Shown piece after piece: positions 1 to 10,088 of a stretch of 64,000 bases of DNA. The stretch covers positions 9,734,001 to 9,798,000 of the forward strand of contig OZ059899.1 of NCBI GenBank assembly GCA_964057225.1. Direction: 5' to 3'. The DNA is from Auanema rhodensis (Eukaryota > Animalia > Nematoda). The notes beneath the pieces were generated by a model. The model did not search any database. It worked only from the letters and a program-made list of their open reading frames with translations, and was not told the origin of the DNA. The translations under genes and the position numbers were made by a program. Position 1 is the first letter of the stretch, and the number at the start of each line of letters is the position of its first letter.

Positions 1-2691
1 TATGAATTCTAAAACTTCTGTTTTATTGAATTTAGGATTTTCCTGTGGGTATTCGATGGACTGTGGAGGAAATCCATAATATGCTGTACTATTCTTTGTA
101 TAAAGGTTGTGATAGTCAGGCAGCTTGGATATAATTGCTAAATCTTGCTCTTGGTTGTTTCTAACAGTAGCATCAGCTTTTTGTTGTCGACTGACTTGCA
201 TGTCACGAGATATTTGTTCTTTTCCCGATTGTTGTTGGATCATGAATAACATGCCTTGAGCAGTTGCAATAATTTCAGATTGATTCATATTTCCACTGCG
301 TGCTAATATAGATGGATATAAGGCTCTGGCCAACTGTTCGATTGATGGAACTGTTTGTGTACCATCAAGAATTGTGGCTTGATATACTACTGCGTGAGCC
401 ATTCCTCGAAAGAAGTCTTCTATGGATGTTGTAGATTTCATCAACGATCTTTTTAACCGAGGAACTTCTATACGACGAGCTACTTGAGTGATAAGATCAT
501 CCAATTTCATGCTATTAATCACCTGTCTAGTAGCCAGTTTAATTTCCTCTATACCCATACATTGTAAAATCAAAAGATTGGGATCTTTGAAATTATTAGA
601 CTTTGCCCAGTTAGTTATGTGATCTTTTGTCAATCCTAAACTAACAATTGTGTCAATGAACAGTGGATTATCTATCGCGAATTGGAGCAAACTCTCATAA
701 GATGATGTAGCTGCATATCTCATATATTTTGCGTAAAACTTAGTGATAGATGCAGATCCAAAAATGAAAGTAGGTCTTAGAAATGGAAACGCATATGGTT
801 GGGATTTCGCATTAACAAAAAGATAATCATCACTGAAAGAGCGATGTTTTTGAGGTAATGCATTACGTTTATTTCTGCGTCTATCAGCATTAAGCAAAGT
901 ATTGGAAAGATCAAGCAAATTATAAACACGGGGATATGCTGTGAATCGGATAATTGCCTCAGAGGATGATTCAAAAACAGCGAATTCGAAACAAGATTGA
1001 ACGTGAGCGGATGTGGAATGATTTTGGAGAACAAAAGCGCTTTCAATAGAGTGAACTAGAAGAATATGATCACCCAACATGGCGGAGAAGGGGCCAAGTT
1101 TTTGATAGTGACAGACAACTGATGGGATAGGTGATTGCCAGATAACTGCACCTTCACCAGTTGCACAAAACCCTTCATTTCCTTTACAATTATCAGTATT
1201 TATAAATAAGTCTGATACAATGTGATCTTCTTTCAATCTAGTTATTATCCCTCGCTTCAATACAAATTGTTCAATTTCTACACATTCTTCAGTGGACCAA
1301 GAGCGAGTTGGATTATGCTCGTTTAATGGTGTTTCAAAAACTGAATGCTGTTGGGCATTCATGATTTTATCATTCCACATACGATTTCTATGTGCTCGAA
1401 CACAATCTTTCTTATCTACTGTTTCAATATGAGAGAATGTGGTGTTACGATCTCTCAAAAACATGAAATCTCTCACACAGCTTTTATACTTTTTCACATA
1501 GCATTTCCATGCTTCCCATGACTCTATCTCAGCCTTTGGTAGATATATTTCTACCTCAACACTGTGAGCCTTTTCAATTTCTGCCTTATGGCAGCCTGTG
1601 ACCACAGGAGGTGTTACTAATATACCCCCTTCAGATTGAGCGCAAATCTGATATTTTGCCGACCCAAAGGGAAGGCATGAGAGTGCCAATAAAGTCAGGC
1701 ACAACGTGACCGGTGGCATGAATGGGGTCGCTACGCTGTATACCCTTGAGTTACCATTCCCATTGGCTGATGGTCTTTGTCTTCTTGGGGAACTAGGCCT
1801 AGGGTTCCAAGACGAGCTATTGGCATTTCTGCCATTGGCAAATGGGCGGTTTCCCGGGTTAGGACGCCTATTCATATTCCCGTTCTGCGAGTTATTATTC
1901 TTATAACGTACGGCAGAAGGTCGCTCTCTCTCTCGCTCATAATCATTAGAGCCATTATTGTGCTGAGTCCAGTCATTATTTCTTTCATAATTTTCATAAT
2001 TTTTATAATTTTTATTATTATTATTATTCCTACTTCTTTCTCTTTCTTCACTAAAGCTTAATTTATGCTGTAAAGCATTTATGAGCTCCTTCAAGGTGCT
2101 AGTGTCTTCATTTCTTTTCGTGAAGCTATTTCGAACGCCTTCTTCAAACCTAGCTAATTTCTTAGCTTGTTCATAAGTGGCGAAGTTTTTAGTTAAAACC
2201 GCAATACCCAGTTCCTCTTTTAAACCATTTAAAAATGCCGTTTTCGACATTGGTTCCCGCTCGGGATCCATTGGTGACATTATGGTGCTTGCCATTCTCT
2301 CTAATTCCATACTAAAATCAAGAACAGATTTATCTCCTTGTTGTACTCGATGAATAAGCGCTATGGTGAAATTTTTATCTGTTTTAGGCGCTAAAAGCTC
2401 AGTGAGCTGATCCATCAAAACAATCCATGGGCCATTAGTTCTTATGCCACTAGGAATACTATTATACAAGGAGAGAGCTGTTTCATTTGATTCCAAAAGA
2501 AGAGGCAAAATTAATAGTCTCTCAGGTAAGCTTAGATTCATAACATTAAAAAATCTATTTAAAGATTCAACAAAAGAACGAAAGCTACGAGAGTCGTCAT
2601 ACCTGGGACAGAGATGGCAATTCAAAATAGTTGCCATATTTCTAGAGGGTGGAGCAACATTAGAATTAGGAGATGGAGAGGTAGGAGTCAT
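1..2691 (-). CDS. Gag-Env polyprotein of element A (partial, runs off window; at least 897 aa)
   Basis: Hand translation: the frame is open from 3012 to base 1 and the first ATG is at 2691. It is missing from the ORF track because no stop lies inside the window. Capsid-like region (CPRYDDSRSF...VQQGDKSVLDF...AFLNGLKEEL), N/R-rich region, signal peptide MPPVTLCLTLLALSCLPFGSA (1719-1657), Cys-rich ectodomain (KYQICAQSEGG, SWEAWKCYVKKYKSC, SDLFINTDNCKGNEGFC), furin-type site RRRNKR (RNKR at 876-865). Confidence 0.85.
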   Translation of the reverse strand, partial: MTPTSPSPNSNVAPPSRNMATILNCHLCPRYDDSRSFRSFVESLNRFFNVMNLSLPERLLILPLLLESNETALSLYNSIPSGIRTNGPWIVLMDQLTELLAPKTDKNFTIALIHRVQQGDKSVLDFSMELERMASTIMSPMDPEREPMSKTAFLNGLKEELGIAVLTKNFATYEQAKKLARFEEGVRNSFTKRNEDTSTLKELINALQHKLSFSEERERSRNNNNNKNYKNYENYERNNDWTQHNNGSNDYERERERPSAVRYKNNNSQNGNMNRRPNPGNRPFANGRNANSSSWNPRPSSPRRQRPSANGNGNSRVYSVATPFMPPVTLCLTLLALSCLPFGSAKYQICAQSEGGILVTPPVVTGCHKAEIEKAHSVEVEIYLPKAEIESWEAWKCYVKKYKSCVRDFMFLRDRNTTFSHIETVDKKDCVRAHRNRMWNDKIMNAQQHSVFETPLNEHNPTRSWSTEECVEIEQFVLKRGIITRLKEDHIVSDLFINTDNCKGNEGFCATGEGAVIWQSPIPSVVCHYQKLGPFSAMLGDHILLVHSIESAFVLQNHSTSAHVQSCFEFAVFESSSEAIIRFTAYPRVYNLLDLSNTLLNADRRRNKRNALPQKHRSFSDDYLFVNAKSQPYAFPFLRPTFIFGSASITKFYAKYMRYAATSSYESLLQFAIDNPLFIDTIVSLGLTKDHITNWAKSNNFKDPNLLILQCMGIEEIKLATRQVINSMKLDDLITQVARRIEVPRLKRSLMKSTTSIEDFFRGMAHAVVYQATILDGTQTVPSIEQLARALYPSILARSGNMNQSEIIATAQGMLFMIQQQSGKEQISRDMQVSRQQKADATVRNNQEQDLAIISKLPDYHNLYTKNSTAYYGFPPQSIEYPQENPKFNKTEVLEFI

Positions 2692-4005
2692 TTTTCTTTC
2701 AAAAGCTTTAGTTATAGCAGCGGCCCACCGACTTGGTGATCTATTTCGTACTGTAGTAGGTGCCCGAGGTGTTTCCTCAGTGATGGCCTTTCTGCTTTTA
2801 CTTCTCGTTCTAATTGTTAAAGAAGAAGAGTGAGAAGAAGAAGAGGAATCACTTTCTTCTCTCAAAAATTCAAAAGGAGAGAGGTAGGTGGATGGAGTAT
2901 TTAAGTTTTTAGAATTAAATTCAAAAACTTGGCGTACCTCTGGTGATCCTTGTTCCTGATCTTTGTTTTCCTCGCTGATGTCCGAGTCCGACAGGGTGGA
3001 TGGTGAATACAGTTAGATGAATATAAGAGCGCGTACTGGAAGCAACTAGACTCCAGTAAAAACGTTTGTGACAATGGCGTCTGATGAAGGAGGATCGTTG
3101 AAGCTTCAAGCTCCGCCTCCAGCCATGTGTCACGACACCAGATGTTAGCGCTTATGGTAAACAACCATTGACCGTCTGTCGTGATATTTGAATATTATAA
3201 TCACTTATGTCAGCTTAGAGACAAATAAGGAATCACAGATGGTGCCTTAAGCCTGTTTGAAAACTTTTGAATTTTAACAGCTGTTATTGACTACACATAT
3301 CGAACAGCTGGTACGCGTGGGCCAACTATTTGAATGTGAGTAAGCTTAAAGTAAACAAAAATGTCTCATCTCGTATATTAAGTTCAATTTTATAAAGTTT
3401 ATTAAGATTTGTAGAAAGAATTTCAAAATAAATCTTAATTAAGATAATTTTTAATTTAATTTCAAAAGATTTAGAAGGTAATTTAAGATTGATATAGGAA
3501 TTTAAATTCAGTAATCTGTCAATAATATAGGAAAAAGGAAACGTTGGCAGACGTAGAGTGGACTTGGGTGGGTAGGAATTTAAATATTCTTATTATCTCT
3601 GAACTAATAAGAAAAGAGTTAACAGGAGTAGAACCCTGATGAACCCTTGGATGTGAATCAAAATCAAAAAATCGTAAATAAAATTATCCCAACAGCCTCC
3701 AGCTTCCAAACAACTCAGCTAAAAAGTGAGCTCTGTTGCCACACTGGACATTCACATCATAAAGTAATGAATCAAAATAGCACGCGCGTGCATAACAAAA
3801 AGGTAACGCTCGTCAAAACTATTGTCTGATAGTTTCCCCAAACGTCTCAGACACCTCCCAGTTTTCGTTGAGCGGAGGAGAAGTGGTAGCCAAAATAATT
3901 TTTGGGGAAATCATGGTGCACGGCTCGGTTACTCCTCACTGTTGGGTAATTAAGTCCAAAAGTCTCGTAAACTTGCTGTCAATAAATTAACAGTAAAGTA
4001 AGCAA

Positions 4006-4018
4006 GGCGGAACCTCCA
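4006..4018 (-). promoter_or_regulatory. Primer-binding site of element A (tRNA-Gln)
   Basis: The minus strand reads TGGAGGTTCCGCC, complementary to a tRNA-Gln 3' end (...GGYGGAACCT-CCA). The same motif is at the equivalent position in element B. Confidence 0.75.
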
Positions 4019-4399
4019 CGTTACATATTGTTTCTTCCCGTCTTTTCATGGTCGGAAGATATATGTACTTCTACCTTGTTCCTTAGGTAGGCAGACCCGA
4101 ACGCCCCGATTTCCTTATTAAGACAAATACTCAAAGAGAAAAGGATTCATTATCAGATAACAAGAAAATACAATATAAGAATTACATTAAGAAAGAATAT
4201 AAAGAGATATAATAAAGTATTAAATAGAGTATATATATAGATGATATAGAGATGAGACTCACATGACTATAAGACAACCTATCTGGGTTAGGCCAGAAGC
4301 AAGAGTGCCATGTGTGTTCCATGTTGTGGGCGGGGCTTGTTCAGGCTCCCGCTATTTGAATAGCGCGCACATGTTTACCATGTGCTTGCAGATGTGACA
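4019..4399 (-). repeat. Putative 5' LTR of element A (about 381 bp)
   Basis: Directly abuts the PBS. Element-orientation termini TGTCACAT...ATGTAACG form an imperfect inverted repeat. TATA-like TATATATA at about 4230-4239 and AATGAA on the minus strand at about 4146-4151. The partner LTR is outside the window, so the 4399 boundary is inferred. Confidence 0.55.
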
Positions 4400-5932
4400 A
4401 TACCTTATCGGCACATGATAAGGTTTTGCTGGCGTTGTAGGGGAATTATCTTCTAATCCCAATGCCAATTTAAGTGCTGAACTCCATTTCTTAATTGTGG
4501 GTGGCTCCTTCTTCCGTTCCTTATACAATTCTTTCCTTGCGTTTTCTTCTATTTCCTCTGATAGTTTTTGAAAAGCCTTGATCGTCTGGTTTTGTTCTCT
4601 AGACTCTGTTGTTGACGTTTCCTCTGTGATTCCTGGTATTGGTGCATCCTGATTTGGACTGATTTGTGAACTTTCCGCAAGTTCTATGTCTGTTTCCAAA
4701 GTATTTTCGTTGATATTTGTTGTCGACGGACTGTTTCGTGTAAATGGTTGTTCGTTTTGATAGAACGTTTCTTCTTCACTGTCCGAATCAGATAAATGAG
4801 TTCTGGTCATCAGTGTAATTTCTTCCGTTGGGTTGTCATCCGGAGGGAAAAATCTGATGTTATTTTTGTGAGCCTTCATCGTTTTTCCTTCACTATCTGC
4901 TAGCGTAACGTTATTTCCAATTATCTTCTTGATGATATATGGTCCATCGCTCGTCTTTTGCAATTTGTTCGTTGGTTTTGCTCGTTTGACCAATGCCCTG
5001 TCGTCTACGTAGATCTCTCTTTCTTCCGTTCTGTGTTTCTCGTCATATTTCTTTTTCATCCTTTCATTACTTAATTCAATTCTTTTCTGAATCTTCTCAT
5101 GTAGATCTGGGGCGTTCTTGATTGTGGCTTCTGGTGTTTCTAGGTCCTTATCCATTGGTAGACGAGCTGTTTGTCCAAATAGACAATCGTAGGGTGGTGT
5201 GCGAGTTGTGGCGTTTGGTAGTCGGTTGATCGTAAAGACAATTTTGGGTAAAATACTGTCCCAATTATCTTGATCGGCATTAACGTAAGAAGTTAATGCT
5301 TCTTCCAGCGTTCTATGTAGTCGTTCTACTTGACCATTTGCGTTCTTGTAGTATGGCATAGTAGTGTGATGTTCCGATCCAAGGTTATCGCACATGCTTT
5401 TGAATTCGTGTGAGACAAAGTTTGATCCATTGTCTGTGATGATTTTCTTTGGGGGTCCGAAGACATAGAATAAGTGTGTCATAATAGCTGATACTATTTC
5501 TTCTGATGTCTGACGAATTAATGGTATCGCTATAATCCATTTGAAAAATGCGTCCTGTATAGATAAAATGTATCTATTATCCTTTGCAGTTCTAGGTAAT
5601 GGTCCTAGTATGTCCATGTGAACTCGTTCCCATGGATGTGTCACTGTTGGGAAGTTTCTCATTGGTTCGACTGTGGCTTCATGTGGGTTATTTTTCCTCT
5701 TTGCACAGTCGAGACATCTGTTCACATATCTTGTGATATCATCCTGTATTCCTGTCCAAGTGTACCGTCGCAAAATGGAGTCTTGAGTCTTATTGATTCC
5801 AAGATGTGCTCCGAGAATGGGGTCTTTGTGAAATTTCTCGATAATTGGTGTGGTAATTGATGAGTCACTTGGCAGAATAGCTCGTGGAGTTTGTAGAGCT
5901 GATTTGGGTTTAGCGTATAGAACATCATTCAA
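4352..5932 (-). CDS. Integrase fragment (HHCC zinc finger + DDE core + C-terminal region)
   Basis: FHKDPILGAHLG...CLDC, HMDILGPLP, ITDNGSNF, NGQVERLH. Same frame as the RT/RNaseH ORF across one TAA. The last 15 aa (CHICK...) are read from the putative LTR of A. Confidence 0.92.
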   Translation of the reverse strand: MNDVLYAKPKSALQTPRAILPSDSSITTPIIEKFHKDPILGAHLGINKTQDSILRRYTWTGIQDDITRYVNRCLDCAKRKNNPHEATVEPMRNFPTVTHPWERVHMDILGPLPRTAKDNRYILSIQDAFFKWIIAIPLIRQTSEEIVSAIMTHLFYVFGPPKKIITDNGSNFVSHEFKSMCDNLGSEHHTTMPYYKNANGQVERLHRTLEEALTSYVNADQDNWDSILPKIVFTINRLPNATTRTPPYDCLFGQTARLPMDKDLETPEATIKNAPDLHEKIQKRIELSNERMKKKYDEKHRTEEREIYVDDRALVKRAKPTNKLQKTSDGPYIIKKIIGNNVTLADSEGKTMKAHKNNIRFFPPDDNPTEEITLMTRTHLSDSDSEEETFYQNEQPFTRNSPSTTNINENTLETDIELAESSQISPNQDAPIPGITEETSTTESREQNQTIKAFQKLSEEIEENARKELYKERKKEPPTIKKWSSALKLALGLEDNSPTTPAKPYHVPIRYCHICKHMVNMCALFK

Positions 5933-6196
5933 AACAATGTATCTATCCGTTAGTTGTGTCCCAGCGTTGTTATTTGACAGCTTCTCTTTAGTTTCTTTGA
6001 TCCATTCTGTGTCGTTTTGAATGGTCCTTAGGTCTGTTACTGTTGAGATTGTCGAAACTTGATGGGATGTTGTCTTTATTGTCGGCTTCTTTTTCCTTTC
6101 TTTTGCTTCGTTAATTTCGTCCTCAAAGTACCTTGATAAAGCGTCGCAAACGCTATTAAGGCGTCCTGGGCGATAGATAATTTCAATGTCATACTC

Positions 6197-7195
6197 TTAG
6201 AGTACTATTTGAAATTTGGCTAATCTTCCAATAAGATCTTTCCTCGTCATAAGACTGGTTAAAGGTCTATGATCGGTAATAATTTTGATCGGTGCCCCTA
6301 GGATGTAGGTACGAAATTGGTGAACCGCAAAGGTTAGAGCTAAGGCTTCAATCTCAATGGGGGGATAGTTCCTTTCTGCTCTGTTCAGTTTACGGCTAGC
6401 GAAAGCTATTGGGTGCAGTGGTTCTCGATCGTCCGCGGATTGCAATAAAACTGCTCCTACTGCAATAATGCTTCCGTCGCTTTCGACTACATATGGCCGT
6501 TTTGCTCTAGGCGCTTGGAGGACTGGTGTTTCGCAAAGTGCTTTCTTTAGGTGTTGAAAAGATTTTTCTTCTTTGTCTCCCCATGTGAAGGTTTTATCCT
6601 TTTTTGTGAGGTCATAAAGTGGTGATGCAATGCCTGCGGCATTCCTAATGAATCTCCGGAAGTAGTTTACAACTCCCATGAATGCTCGAACTCCTGTGAT
6701 TGATTTTGGTCTTGGATAATCTTGGATTGCTTTTACTTTCTGAGGGTCTGGTTTTATTCCTTCGTGTCCAACAATGAATCCTAGGAATTTGACTTCTTGT
6801 TGTCCAAAGGTACATTTCTTAAGCTTGATTTTTAATCCTAGCTCTGCTGATGCGTTCAGTACTTCGTCGATATCTTGTAAATGTTTTGTCGTTGATTCCG
6901 ATATGAGAAGTAGATCGTCGAGATAGACGAAGAGCTTGCATCGTACGTGTTGTTGTAAATATCGTACAGCATTTTGGAATGTGTGTGGAGCTCCGCAGAG
7001 TCCCATCGGCATTCTGCAGTATTGATAAGTTCCGCTCGTAGTAGTGAATGCGGTGAGGTGTCTATCTTCTGATCTAAGAGGGATTTGAAAGAATCCAGAT
7101 ACTAGATCAAAGTTACTGAAGATACGTGCTCCGGCTGCTAGGTCCAAGATATCTTGATGATCTTGACTGGTCCTTTGAAAAGTCCAATATTGCAA
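6197..7195 (-). CDS. Reverse transcriptase + RNase H fragment (Ty3/Gypsy)
   Basis: FDLVSGFFQIPL, TAFTT, RMPMGL, YLDD (6925-6914), ESDGSIIAVGAVL, ERNYPPIEIEAL, ITDHRPL. Confidence 0.95.
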   Translation of the reverse strand: MQYWTFQRTSQDHQDILDLAAGARIFSNFDLVSGFFQIPLRSEDRHLTAFTTTSGTYQYCRMPMGLCGAPHTFQNAVRYLQQHVRCKLFVYLDDLLLISESTTKHLQDIDEVLNASAELGLKIKLKKCTFGQQEVKFLGFIVGHEGIKPDPQKVKAIQDYPRPKSITGVRAFMGVVNYFRRFIRNAAGIASPLYDLTKKDKTFTWGDKEEKSFQHLKKALCETPVLQAPRAKRPYVVESDGSIIAVGAVLLQSADDREPLHPIAFASRKLNRAERNYPPIEIEALALTFAVHQFRTYILGAPIKIITDHRPLTSLMTRKDLIGRLAKFQIVL

Positions 7196-9765
7196 TCCTC
7201 GTTTATGAAAGCTTCCTTGTTTCTGAGCACTATTTTCTTTAACTGTTGTCTCTCTAGCTGAGTAAAGATGGTGTTTGTTACATCGAGGTCTTTTATAAAG
7301 TCCTCTGGGAAGTATGGTAGTTGATCTTGATTTGTCTGTACTACAATTGTGTCTGGAGAGATATTTGTAGCAAATATCTGAACTCCATATCCTGTTGGGG
7401 TGAAAGTTGTAGGCGCAAAACTCATTTTTCCTGCTCGTTGTGAGCTTCTAATAAAAGCTTGTTCGAATGAGGCGGGATCATTTACTTCCAAAGTTAGAGA
7501 TCTTGTTTCTCCGGGGTAAAATTGTTTAGTTTCCAGACTAACAACGTGTGTACTTGTGTGTTTTTCTGTCCATGCATTGTAGTTTTGCGCCAGAGGTACC
7601 GTGGTATCTCCAATCAGCAATGAATTTTGCAGAGGGCGTAAGGATGTGAGGATTCCTTCTCTGTTGAGTGCTTCAATAAAATCTATTCCAAGCAATATTG
7701 GTGCTGGGCAATGATTGTCAGAAGATATCAATATTTTGTGGTCAATTTCGGTCTTTCCAATTATTATTGGCAGTCTTGTATATCCTAGGAAGGAAAATCG
7801 AGACTTGTTTGCTACAACAGCTGTAGTTTTCTCAGCGACCATTTTTGCTGCCGGTAATTGATTGAAAGTGCTCTCTTTCATATATGAAATTGATGCACCT
7901 GTATCCCATAGTGCAGTAAAAACTTGGTTGTAAATTGATATGGGTACGAATGGTAATCGGGATCCCCCAATGTAGTTTATCTTTGATTCTTTAATAGCGT
8001 ACCTGGGCAGATAGGTTAGCAGATCGCTATCTGTTAATGGTGCATCGGGATCATAGCGTGAAAGTGGAGCATGGTAGTTGTCTTGTGTCGCTCTTCTTAA
8101 CGGCTGAAGTTCGGTCTCTTGGGCTGGATGTTCTCTTCTTTCTTCATCATCTTCTTCGATATAATTGATGGGAATTCTTGTGACACGTGCGTATATTTTG
8201 ATTCCGTAAATCAGCGCGGTGATGAGTCCTATTATCACGATGATTGCGCCGATTGTGGCAAGTGTTCTTAATAGCCAGGCCTTGAAAGTTTCTCCAATAA
8301 AAGTGAAGAAGCTGGAAATTCCTTCGTTTGCCGTGTTTCCGACGATGTCTCCCACTACGATAGGAATTGTTATGGCATTTTCAAGAATGTTGAGTGGATT
8401 CAGACTGATTCCTTTCTTGTTGTTAAATATAGGTTTCAATCTTCCTGGCAAAGTGGCTTGTAGAGAGGCTAGACTGGATCCGTATGAAATAGCGAGTTCA
8501 AACGGGAATGAAGATTCCGTGAGGTTGGCATATATGTTGGAGTTGTTGAATTTTATGTGATCGATTTTGATCGAAGTGAGTTCGTCCGCAAATGATAGGT
8601 TCGTCACATTTAATGTTGTGTTTTCCTTCATCCATTGGTCGTTTAATTTATATGGATCCGTTGTAGCCATCATGCAGTCGATTCGTCTGCCCATTGGTGA
8701 AATATCACGTGTTCCAGGTATTAAAAACAGTTCTCCATGATGTTCTGTATCTACTGGTGTTTCCATGTAACATGTTCCGTTTCTTTTGTGATCCGAGTAG
8801 ATTTTTGTTACGTGGATAGGTGTGCAAGGCATTACGTAGATAAGGTGTTCAGCAACGAATTTAGCTGATATATCCTGACGTCTAAGCATTGTGCGGATAC
8901 CAATAGTTGGGTTGATTTGTAGAATGGCCCACCACGTAAGGAGTTGTTTGTTTTGCATCCTACAGATGTCCTTTTTCGTTTTTTGAAACGCCTTCAAAAT
9001 TTCTTCTTCTAGTTGCGAGGTTGAATATTGTAGATGCGATTGTGTATCCAGTTGACGTAATTGTTCATCATATTTCTGGATGATATCATGTCTTGTACGA
9101 AGAAAATTAGCGTGTGCTTGCTGTCCTATGTGAGATTGGACTTCTCTTGCTTGTTGAGGTGTTGTGGCGGCTCGTTTGGTTGTTGTCCTTGGCTCTATCA
9201 CTGTTGAAGAGATTTGCGGAATTTCTGTTCGCGTTACAAGCTGTTTTGGTAAAGAAAATGGCGTTGTCGTAGCTTGATAGTAGTGATATCTTCTTGGAGT
9301 AGTTGTAGAGCTTGGTGATAATGTTCTGGGAGTGTGGAAAGGTTTGGGAGTAGTTCGAAAAGTTGTTGTTGTAGTCGCGTGCGTAGTAGAGCTTGTAGTG
9401 CTTGCGGAAGTCGTGGTAGTCGTAGTCGTTGTTGTTGAATACGTGAGGGAGTCGATTAATTCAAGATATGTTCGTTGAAATCTCTCGCTTTCTTCCTGTG
9501 AAATAGTTTTAGTCGTTGGTGTACCACGTGGCAGTCCAAAGTTCTGAGCTAGTCCTTTAAAGATGATTGCGTAATTAGGAAAAATAATCCTTGGACTAGT
9601 TGATTCCTCTTCCAATTTATTCCACTTTCTGCTCTCTTTTTCGCGTTCTTCTGTTGATATATGTAGCAGACGATTATGTGATGCTATATAGTCAATAAAG
9701 TTTAATACTTCGTCGATTTGTGTGTAAAACGAAGTGTCCATTCTAGGAGTTGTTCTTTTCGACAT
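7138..9765 (-). CDS. Envelope C-terminal half (Thr-rich linker, gB-like core, TM) fused in frame to aspartic protease
   Basis: Thr/Ser-rich tract; HLQY...DICRMQN...QINPTIGIRTMLRRQDISAKF...MPCTPI...GTCYMETPV (about 9040-8750); TM WLLRTLATIGAIIVIIGLITALIYGIKIY (about 8278-8192); protease ALWDTGASISY (DTG 7905-7897) and ILLGIDF. Confidence 0.85.
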   Translation of the reverse strand: MSKRTTPRMDTSFYTQIDEVLNFIDYIASHNRLLHISTEEREKESRKWNKLEEESTSPRIIFPNYAIIFKGLAQNFGLPRGTPTTKTISQEESERFQRTYLELIDSLTYSTTTTTTTTTSASTTSSTTHATTTTTFRTTPKPFHTPRTLSPSSTTTPRRYHYYQATTTPFSLPKQLVTRTEIPQISSTVIEPRTTTKRAATTPQQAREVQSHIGQQAHANFLRTRHDIIQKYDEQLRQLDTQSHLQYSTSQLEEEILKAFQKTKKDICRMQNKQLLTWWAILQINPTIGIRTMLRRQDISAKFVAEHLIYVMPCTPIHVTKIYSDHKRNGTCYMETPVDTEHHGELFLIPGTRDISPMGRRIDCMMATTDPYKLNDQWMKENTTLNVTNLSFADELTSIKIDHIKFNNSNIYANLTESSFPFELAISYGSSLASLQATLPGRLKPIFNNKKGISLNPLNILENAITIPIVVGDIVGNTANEGISSFFTFIGETFKAWLLRTLATIGAIIVIIGLITALIYGIKIYARVTRIPINYIEEDDEERREHPAQETELQPLRRATQDNYHAPLSRYDPDAPLTDSDLLTYLPRYAIKESKINYIGGSRLPFVPISIYNQVFTALWDTGASISYMKESTFNQLPAAKMVAEKTTAVVANKSRFSFLGYTRLPIIIGKTEIDHKILISSDNHCPAPILLGIDFIEALNREGILTSLRPLQNSLLIGDTTVPLAQNYNAWTEKHTSTHVVSLETKQFYPGETRSLTLEVNDPASFEQAFIRSSQRAGKMSFAPTTFTPTGYGVQIFATNISPDTIVVQTNQDQLPYFPEDFIKDLDVTNTIFTQLERQQLKKIVLRNKEAFINEDCNIGLFKGPVKIIKISWT

Positions 9766-10088
9766 CCTAGGTGGGTATAGTTGAAATAAATATTCTTCTA
9801 ATGAAGGAATCGTATCTCCTGTTGCTAATACTGCGGGAGTTTGTGCGATTTCAAATGCAATGTCTCTTGCTCGCTATAAGTAGTCTCCTGTGCGTTTTTC
9901 CAACTTATCGGCGAACTCCTTAATCGTGATTTGTTTACTCAGTTTTTCTGTGAGCTCAGATGGTAGGAGATGCGCGATAGCAATTTCTGTTGCTAGGAGA
10001 ATTTCTGCTTTTGCCAGCGCATGTAAAATGGCGATATTAGTGTCGTTGTAGTTGTACCATAATAGTGTTTCCTTGATCGCGATTGCGT

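Larger units (their letters stand above)
1..4399 (-). mobile_element. Ty3/Gypsy-type LTR retroelement A, 5' part (5' LTR, PBS, gag-env; continues beyond window start)
   Basis: LTR-like segment 4019-4399, tRNA-Gln PBS 4006-4018, then an open Gag+envelope frame whose protein aligns by eye with element B (WEAWKC, SDLFxNTxxC, TxPSxE..LYP). Confidence 0.8.

Noticed and set aside
3129-3150. Alternative PBS TGGTGTCGTGAC next to a TG on the plus strand, resembling a tRNA-His site
   Set aside because: Short and imperfect. The tRNA-Gln site at 4006-4018 matches element B in sequence and context and is the better call.
777-3829. Short ORFs in the track (777-1046, 1706-1906, 1777-2061, 2444-2833, 2901-3164, 2921-3133, 3647-3829)
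   Set aside because: Antisense or alternate-frame shadows of the element A gag-env frame and leader, with no recognisable motifs.
4315-4323. TGTTCCATG as the end of a B-type 3' LTR
   Set aside because: Similarity to 14119 onward stops after about 9 bp, which is consistent with chance.
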